From: Fimbriimonadales bacterium
GTDB lineage: Bacteria > Armatimonadota > Fimbriimonadia > Fimbriimonadales > ATM1
Direction: 5' to 3'
NCBI GenBank assembly: GCA_041744215.1
Contig: JBGTLG010000003.1
Coordinates: 1-14,120, forward strand
Length of the DNA stretch: 14,120 bases
The notes below the pieces were generated by a model. It was given only the letters and a program-made list of their open reading frames with translations, had not been told where the DNA came from and did not search any database. Position numbers and translations under genes: made by a program. Positions 8,888 through 14,120 of the stretch are shown piece by piece (within the stretch, counting starts at the first letter, position 1; each line of letters starts with the position of its first letter).

Positions 8888-9059
8888 GCGGGCGGGTGCC
8901 ATGGGCATGGTCGAAATGCCAGGTAAATTCAGAAGTCCGATGTTCGGAAGTAGCGTCCAGAAGATTGTTGCGAGACCGCCGGTCTCAGCCGCGGCAGGGA
9001 TGAATCCTCATCGTGCCGAATGGTGGGGTTTGAATGACAACGAATTCACCCACGCCCGC
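8888..9059. repeat. Junction element A (imperfect inverted-repeat-bounded)
   Basis: Left arm GCGGGCGGGTG (8888-8898). Right arm CACCCACGCCCGC (9047-9059), whose reverse complement is the left arm plus 2 extra nt. Confidence 0.55.
8899..9053 (+). repeat. ~155-bp direct repeat, copy 1 (copy 2 at 10528-10683)
   Basis: 8912-9053 and 10542-10683 differ at only two positions (8945/10575 and 8949/10579). Confidence 0.95.
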
Positions 9060-9128
9060 CGTCGCCCATAGGCAAGACATGCAGCGATTCATAAAAGAGC
9101 TTCTCGAATCTGCGACGGAGCAGAGATC

Positions 9129-9851
9129 TTGAGCAGGGATTGGCAAACCCACGTCGTGTTTTCAGTGGATATCAGCGAGAGCCTGTTGATCCGTTTGTGG
9201 GGCGGAGCGTTGCGGGAGGCTGGTGCATTAGATCCGTCGGAGCCCATACTTCCGCTCCGTGATGAGGAAGTTCATTGGGCGAGGTGCATAGCAACGATGG
9301 GAAGAGCTCGGCTATACGACTTGGCTCGAGCCCTCGGCGCACAACGCGGCTTCGAAGTACGACAGTTGATTACTCCTCCTCTGTTGTATCGAGTTTACGA
9401 ATACTGTTTTTGGAAGGCGGAAGAGTGGATTGAAGATGTCATCGGTGATGTTCGCCATGAGAAGTCCGAGAGCGGTGAACTGACCCTGATCTACCCGACG
9501 CTAGACCACTGGATGAATCTGTCATGGCTATGTTGCTATTCTCCTTTTGATTTTGAGCTCCACTTCTTTGGCGATCAAGGTCGATTCATGTCATGGACGG
9601 GTATCGGTGACGACAACTGCAATTTGCAGATTGAACTCTACGGCGCCGACGCAAACCCTCATGATGCGCTCAGTCATTGGGCGGGGAAAACTGGAATCAA
9701 TTTGTACCGGCTCGATGTTTCTGAGGACTATAAGCTGAAGCCTTGGGACATTACGACCGATTCGCCACACGCAGGCTTATCCCCAGTCGTGGGAACAGGT
9801 GGCGATCAGGTCAATCATTGGCCAGCGGATGGACGGAATGACCAGTCATAA
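9129..9851 (+). CDS. Hypothetical soluble protein, acidic and Trp-rich (candidate orphan immunity protein)
   Basis: 240-codon ORF with GGAG 8 nt before the TTG start. No family recognised. Confidence 0.65.
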   Translation: MSRDWQTHVVFSVDISESLLIRLWGGALREAGALDPSEPILPLRDEEVHWARCIATMGRARLYDLARALGAQRGFEVRQLITPPLLYRVYEYCFWKAEEWIEDVIGDVRHEKSESGELTLIYPTLDHWMNLSWLCCYSPFDFELHFFGDQGRFMSWTGIGDDNCNLQIELYGADANPHDALSHWAGKTGINLYRLDVSEDYKLKPWDITTDSPHAGLSPVVGTGGDQVNHWPADGRNDQS

Positions 9852-9999
9852 GAAACAAGATAGAAAGAAGATGACAGTGGGACCAAATCTGTATGCCACG
9901 GCTGATGGGCGGTTTGCAGAGTTCTCGTTCGCCACACTAACCATTGAGCTCTCCCCAGCTTTCACAACACCCGTGAATCGTCAATCCGTCCACGCCCGC
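9825..9999. repeat. Junction element B
   Basis: Left GCGGATGGACGGAATGAC (9825-9842) versus reverse complement of 9980-9999, GCGGG[CG]TGGACGGATTGAC. Confidence 0.7.
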
Positions 10000-10022
10000 G
10001 AAGCACTACGGAGTGTCTGATT

Positions 10023-10454
10023 TTGTTTTCTTCGGTTGGTAACATCCTAATCTCGGTCGCATTTGCCACCTTCGTCGGAGCCTGTGCAGGAGTCCTCTGC
10101 CACATGTTGACTCGATCTCGGTGGCGTCGGCTACACCGTAACCGTGGCATCTCGAACCAAACAGAGTTACTGCTATTAGAATGGAGACAGGTAGCAGTAT
10201 CATACGACATTCCGTTCGCCTTGGTTTTTTTGTTTGTTGGCAGAAGTGTTTTCGTGGCCGGGGTAGTTTTTGGAACGTGCATAGCGATACGGGCTCTGTT
10301 TGTGTTGATGGACATCAGGGCAATAAAGCACGGAGAAACAATTGCCCTTCCAAGCCTCATCTTGTTGTTTGCGAGGGAGGCTGTCAGGGTGGTAAGCGTA
10401 TTCATAATTGCGACGGGCCTCTACATTGCTGCGGGTGGCCGACCTGAAGTATGA
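10023..10454 (+). CDS. Hypothetical membrane protein (~4 TM)
   Basis: Hydrophobic helices. GGAG at 10010-10013 before the TTG start. Confidence 0.65.
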   Translation: MFSSVGNILISVAFATFVGACAGVLCHMLTRSRWRRLHRNRGISNQTELLLLEWRQVAVSYDIPFALVFLFVGRSVFVAGVVFGTCIAIRALFVLMDIRAIKHGETIALPSLILLFAREAVRVVSVFIIATGLYIAAGGRPEV

Positions 10455-10721
10455 CGGACGGGTGGCAGGCGTAGCTACTGAAAAGGAGCGGGCTGAATGA
10501 GAGTGGTCATTCGAGCAAAGCTGAGTACCATGGGCGATGGGCGAAATGCCAGGTAAATTCAGAAGTCCGATGTTTGGAGGTAGCGTCCAGAAGATTGTTG
10601 CGAGACCGCCGGTCTCAGCCGCGGCAGGGATGAATCCTCATCGTGCCGAATGGTGGGGTTTGAATGACAACGAATTCACCCACCGCGTCCACAACCGTCA
10701 CCTCAACCCGACCAGGCCCGC
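10431..10721. repeat. Junction element C (contains copy 2 of the 155-bp repeat)
   Basis: Left GCGGGTGGCCGACCTGAAGT (10431-10450) versus reverse complement of 10700-10721, GCGGG[CC]TGGTCGGGTTGAGGT. Confidence 0.6.
10528..10683 (+). repeat. ~155-bp direct repeat, copy 2
   Basis: Near-identical to 8899-9053. Confidence 0.95.
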
Positions 10722-10740
10722 CGCTTAAACTCGATGAGTA

Positions 10741-11079
10741 ATGATGATGAGCGAACTATCTAGTAACAGCGTGCTATCTATAGTGTTGATCGCTGTCGGG
10801 CTATCTTCGGCTGCGATCAGTGTGTACCCGTGGCACAATGGTATGCGTCCGGTGTTTTTTGCGGGCCTCGGGATGGTCGCGTTCGGAGCGTCGGAGTTTT
10901 GTGAACAGTTCCTGTCTCCAGCCTCAGGGTTAGTGGCGTTGTTCATCGGTGTCTATCTGATCGGAATTGCGTCCGCATTAGTGATAGCTGAAAGATCTCC
11001 AGTTAATCGTCGTGGAAAAGCGGCGAGCGCAGATCACTCGACACCGCCTGCGGTCGATAAAAACCAAACCAGTGAATGA
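10741..11079 (+). CDS. Hypothetical 3-TM membrane protein
   Basis: Three hydrophobic helices and a polar tail. Shares a residue pattern with 11274-11579. Confidence 0.7.
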   Translation: MMMSELSSNSVLSIVLIAVGLSSAAISVYPWHNGMRPVFFAGLGMVAFGASEFCEQFLSPASGLVALFIGVYLIGIASALVIAERSPVNRRGKAASADHSTPPAVDKNQTSE

Positions 11080-11162
11080 AATATTTGTGAAGTCCACATC
11101 CTGTCGCGCAGACTTCGAAGCTATGGGTGGCGAGCAGCGATGCCTGGAACGTGAATGGGCAA

Positions 11163-11235
11163 GGCGGGGCGGCGAAAGAGAGCTAAGCAAGAATCCGGAT
11201 AAGATACTGATGGGCTATCTTCGCCTGGCACCCTC
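11163..11235. repeat. Junction element H (short, degenerate)
   Basis: GGCGGG-GC-GGCGAAAGAGAGC (11163-11183) pairs with GCTATCTTCGCC-TGGCA-CCCTC (11214-11235). Confidence 0.4.
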
Positions 11236-11273
11236 AGACTCATCAGTTCACGCTCTAATGGAGGAATTGTAAG

Positions 11274-11579
11274 ATGGGCGGTTCAACTATCCTACTTAGT
11301 GGGTTATTGATGGCGTCGCTCGGACTTGCAATGGTCGCCGTGTCGATTTTTTGGAAGAGCCCCTATCGATTGCAGCTGCTCGTCCTTGGATTGGGAGGCC
11401 TGCTGTTCGGCTTAGGCAAAACTATTGCAGCTTTCGGCATAACTGAGCTCGGCTGGTACACTCTACTTGCGGGTTTTGGGCTCTGCGTGATATCGGTTCT
11501 GTGGGGGCTGCTGGACGTGTTCCTCCGACGCAAACGACTGGTGACCAGCGCAAACGATGATGGAAGTGAAGAAGTGTGA
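11274..11579 (+). CDS. Hypothetical 3-TM membrane protein
   Basis: GGAGG at 11260-11264. Three Leu/Gly-rich helices followed by RRKR. Confidence 0.8.
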   Translation: MGGSTILLSGLLMASLGLAMVAVSIFWKSPYRLQLLVLGLGGLLFGLGKTIAAFGITELGWYTLLAGFGLCVISVLWGLLDVFLRRKRLVTSANDDGSEEV

Positions 11580-11604
11580 CACCGGCCGCTATGGAGAATG
11601 AGGG

Positions 11605-12132
11605 ATGTTTTTCGGCATTATCGTATTGTTGTTCGCTGCATACGCAGTATGGATTCTTCGGCCATGCCTACAGAGCGGCGGAACTAGGCGATGTCACTGG
11701 GCGTTCACCACGCTGGTGCTCATAGCTGGGTTTTCGCCCATGGCCCTGCTCCTGAGTTCCGAAGCGCACCAGATCATCGCCTTGGGAGCGCTTACAGCTA
11801 GCTTCTTTTTCTTGCCGCTGATCCTGTGGCTGCTAAAGCCTCCGCTACCGAATCATGTCAGGGCGAAGTGCGGTAGAACGAACATTGCAATAGGCGGATC
11901 AATTGGACTGCTAACGTTTATCGGTTTCGCCGCTTACGCAGTCATAAATCACCATACGGTTCCCGAACCAGTAAGGGTGGGTTTGGCGGCTAGTTTGACC
12001 ATGTCCTTCATCGGTTACGTTCTGCTTTGCTTGTACCTCTTGCATGCCGGAAGCTCGATCCACTCGACAAACTACCGGAGCACATTTGAAAGAGGAAAGT
12101 GTCGTGACCCCAGTGATAACTCAAATGAATGA
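11605..12132 (+). CDS. Hypothetical membrane protein (~5 TM)
   Basis: GGAG/GAGG upstream of the ATG. Five hydrophobic segments. Confidence 0.75.
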   Translation: MFFGIIVLLFAAYAVWILRPCLQSGGTRRCHWAFTTLVLIAGFSPMALLLSSEAHQIIALGALTASFFFLPLILWLLKPPLPNHVRAKCGRTNIAIGGSIGLLTFIGFAAYAVINHHTVPEPVRVGLAASLTMSFIGYVLLCLYLLHAGSSIHSTNYRSTFERGKCRDPSDNSNE

Positions 12133-12139
12133 ATCGGCC

Positions 12140-12240
12140 GATGGGTGCCCAGAGTGTAAGATGACGAGAACTGATATGCGTGAGATAGGTTGGCGCAGTC
12201 AGATGCGTCGGATAGATGTGATTCGGCGTGATCTTCGTGC
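12140..12240 (+). repeat. Junction element D: diverged, right-truncated tandem copy of element E
   Basis: Aligns without gaps to 12241-12341 (offset 101 nt; MTRTDMREIGWRSQMRRIDVIRR vs MTRMRMREIGWHDQMRRTDLIRR). Lacks the CATCTGCCCGTCAAC end. Confidence 0.85.
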
Positions 12241-12357
12241 GGCGGGTGGGCGGAGTGAAGGATGACGAGAATGAGAATGCGTGAAATCGGGTGGCACGAC
12301 CAGATGCGTCGAACTGATTTGATTCGGCGTAGCCCCCGCGCGCATCTGCCCGTCAAC
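12241..12357 (+). repeat. Junction element E (supplies SD and ATG of the Rhs ORF)
   Basis: Left GGCGGGTGGG pairs with right TCTGCCCGTC (10 bp including G-T pairs), followed by AAC. Homologous to elements D and F. Confidence 0.75.
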
Positions 12358-13137
12358 GGCGTTGCGCGTACGCAGTACGGATTAGGCGCAAGAGGAATCG
12401 ATTGGATTCGCAACAAGGTTGGCAGCGACCCAGAGACGATCGTGTTCCCGATCTACGATGGGCGTGGGAACATGATCTACACGCTAACGCGCGAGGCCAA
12501 CGACGGCCACGATCTCGGCAACAAACGCATCTACGGCGCATGGGGAGACCTAAGACACGACAGCAATCCCGGCGACGGACCCAACACGCAGTACGTCGGA
12601 AATCTCGGACACAAGAAAGACAACGAATCCGGGCTCACCTACATGCGCGCGCGCTACTACGAGCCGTGGACGGGGCGATTCATCAGCGAGGACCCGGCAG
12701 GTGATGGATGGAATTGGTTTACATATTGCGGAAATGATCCCATCAATAAAATGGACGACTCGGGCAAGAAAGCCAGTCCAATCGGCGCGACTTGGGGATT
12801 TGCGATTGCCGCGTTCTTCATGTTCTACTTCAGTTGGGATCACGAAGGGTCTACTTTCTTACATGCAGTGAAGTTCGTTGAGGCGATTGTGGCTGGCGGG
12901 GCGGCATATCACATTAATCATCCAAAGACATATGCTTGGGTCCGTAGCGCTGCCAACTCGTTCCTCAAGGCGATCGGCATGGCCGCTGGCGCTGGAGACA
13001 TCAACAGATCCATGGGGCCCAAAACTCGCAATATGCTAACGGGCGGACTCATCATTTCTTTTTACATCGGGTACTCGATGTCTCTGTGGTATCTGATGCA
13101 CGAACTTGACGCTTGGGTGGAGGGGCACATCCGATGA
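12262..13137 (+). CDS. Orphan Rhs module: Rhs-associated core end plus hydrophobic C-terminal toxin domain
   Basis: YDGRGN, YGAWG, ESGLTYMRARYYEPWTGRFISEDP and YCGNDPINKMDDSG (PxxxxDPxG-like boundary), followed by a 123-aa variable C-terminus from 12766. Confidence 0.9.
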   Translation: MTRMRMREIGWHDQMRRTDLIRRSPRAHLPVNGVARTQYGLGARGIDWIRNKVGSDPETIVFPIYDGRGNMIYTLTREANDGHDLGNKRIYGAWGDLRHDSNPGDGPNTQYVGNLGHKKDNESGLTYMRARYYEPWTGRFISEDPAGDGWNWFTYCGNDPINKMDDSGKKASPIGATWGFAIAAFFMFYFSWDHEGSTFLHAVKFVEAIVAGGAAYHINHPKTYAWVRSAANSFLKAIGMAAGAGDINRSMGPKTRNMLTGGLIISFYIGYSMSLWYLMHELDAWVEGHIR

Positions 13138-13415
13138 AGATTAGAAGTCTAGATCTCCGCGGGGTCATGATGTGCTTGGCCACCGCCTGCGTGGGAGTAC
13201 TGTCTGGCCTCTTATGCCTCCAGTTGGGCTTGCGAGGGGTCTGGTTGGCCGTCCCAGTTCCGATGGTGATCGTCCCGGTGATCGGACGCATTATCTATCG
13301 CGGCGGGTGGGCAAGAGAGCACGATGCCTTTTACATCATCGTGGGCGTGGCGTGGCTGGTCGCTCTCGTCTTGGTAAACATCGGTCCCAACATCGTTGCG
13401 GGCTTCGGGTGGTAA
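13134..13415 (+). CDS. Putative cognate immunity protein (3 TM, 93 aa)
   Basis: ATGA overlap with the Rhs stop and GGAGG at 13119-13123. Small hydrophobic protein immediately downstream of the Rhs CT. Confidence 0.75.
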   Translation: MKIRSLDLRGVMMCLATACVGVLSGLLCLQLGLRGVWLAVPVPMVIVPVIGRIIYRGGWAREHDAFYIIVGVAWLVALVLVNIGPNIVAGFGW

Positions 13416-13431
13416 AGGCCGTCTACTGGCG

Positions 13432-13548
13432 GACGGGTGGCCGGAGTGAAAAATGACGATAATGAAAATGCGTGAAACCGGGTGGCACGACCAGATGCGT
13501 CGATGTGAGTTGATTCGGCGTAGCCCCCGGGCGCATCTGCCCGTCAAC
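13432..13548 (+). repeat. Junction element F (paralogue of E)
   Basis: GACGGGTGGCCGGAGTGA ... CATCTGCCCGTCAAC. Offset 1191 nt from element E. Confidence 0.8.
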
Positions 13549-13716
13549 GTCGTTGCGCACACGAAGTACGGCTTGGACGCGAGAGGAATCGACTGGATTC
13601 GCGACAAAGTCGGAAGCGATCCCGAGACGATCGTGTTCCCGACTTATGACGGGCATGGGAACATGGTGTATACGCTCAAACGCGACGGCACCGACGATTA
13701 TCTGCGCGGCAACTAG
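13453..13716 (+). pseudogene. Truncated second Rhs core fragment
   Basis: Colinear with the first 87 aa of 12262-13137 (YGLDARGIDWIRDKVGSDPETIVFPTYDGHGN). Stops at TAG and homology ends there. Confidence 0.85.
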
Positions 13717-13717
13717 C

Positions 13718-13863
13718 GGCGGGCGGGCGGTGCGATAGATAAGAGAGAACAGGATCAAAAGATGACAAAAGGAAGAACGCTAGATGATATGAATCGCGGG
13801 CGATTTGCAAGCTGCTTGTTACCCAAAAAGGCGCGGAGCTTTGTATCGATCTCCCCCGTCAAC
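13718..13863. repeat. Junction element G
   Basis: Left GGCGGGCGGGCGGTGCGATA and right TATCGATCTCCCCCGTCAAC. Interior resembles element B. Confidence 0.6.
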
Positions 13864-13992
13864 TGCGAAGCCGAAACGCGAGCCTGGTAACTGAAATGAC
13901 TTTGAGAGTGCATCGCAATGAATGCAGATTTGCTCCAAAAGCAGAAATGCGAACCGAATGAATCACGACACAACAGACAAATGAGGAAACGG

Positions 13993-14120
13993 ATGAAACA
14001 ACTGACACTTGCAATCGCAGCCTTCGCGCTGACTTGCGCCGCAACGGCGCAGGGCTTTTTCACCATAGAGATTCCAACCGACGCCACAAACGGCATCAAC
14101 GAACGCAAAGCGGCCCCAAC
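13993..14120 (+). CDS. Secreted protein, N-terminus only (runs off the window)
   Basis: GAGGA then ATG. MKQLTLAIAAFALTCAATAQGFFTIEIPTDATNGINERKAAP has a Sec signal peptide ending ATA-Q. Confidence 0.7.
   Translation, partial: MKQLTLAIAAFALTCAATAQGFFTIEIPTDATNGINERKAAP

Noticed and set aside
8972-8986. Back-to-back BsaI sites (GAGACC-gcc-GGTCTC) suggesting a synthetic cloning cassette
   Set aside because: Embedded in a naturally diverged repeat with no vector sequence; better explained as a hairpin.
8158-9003. 281-aa + strand ORF
   Set aside because: Arg-rich antisense shadow of the HAF-repeat gene.
11072-11272. ORF tail LMGYLRLAPSDSSVHALMEEL as a remnant Rhs CT (compare YIGYSMSLWYLMHEL)
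   Set aside because: Similarity is too short, and MEEL is partly dictated by the GGAGG SD of the next gene.
8888-13863. Canonical integron/attC array or CRISPR array
   Set aside because: No RYYYAAC...GTTRRRY boxes, no intI, no constant-length repeat-spacer periodicity and no cas genes in the window.
13755-14108. 117-aa minus-strand ORF
   Set aside because: Overlaps the better supported + strand signal-peptide gene and element G.

Overview
Bacterial window, probably Armatimonadota/Fimbriimonadia-like (inferred from a four-domain S1, a PEP-CTERM-type protein and the style of the Rhs core; not verified). The left part (1-6370) is ordinary chromosome: 3'-truncated rpsA on the minus strand (missed by the ORF track), a divergent pyrimidine-nucleoside/thymidine phosphorylase, a DUF6754-like gene coupled to a membrane partner with a beta-propeller-like insert, an FmdB-type zinc ribbon and a NodB deacetylase lipoprotein. 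The middle holds a small collagen-like membrane protein, a 14-bp hairpin and a HAF-repeat PEP-CTERM-type protein. The right part (~8880-14120) is an accessory array of co-oriented orphan genes: several small membrane proteins, an orphan Rhs core/C-terminal toxin with immunity gene, a truncated second Rhs fragment and a partial secreted protein. Most junctions in this array contain a related 75-290 bp element with a G-rich left arm (about GRCGGGTGGSCGGAGTGA) and a complementary C-rich right arm (about CCCGYC[AAC]). The elements sit like integron attC sites but lack the attC consensus, and no recombinase lies in the window. This possible non-canonical toxin/immunity cassette array is the main candidate for something undescribed.
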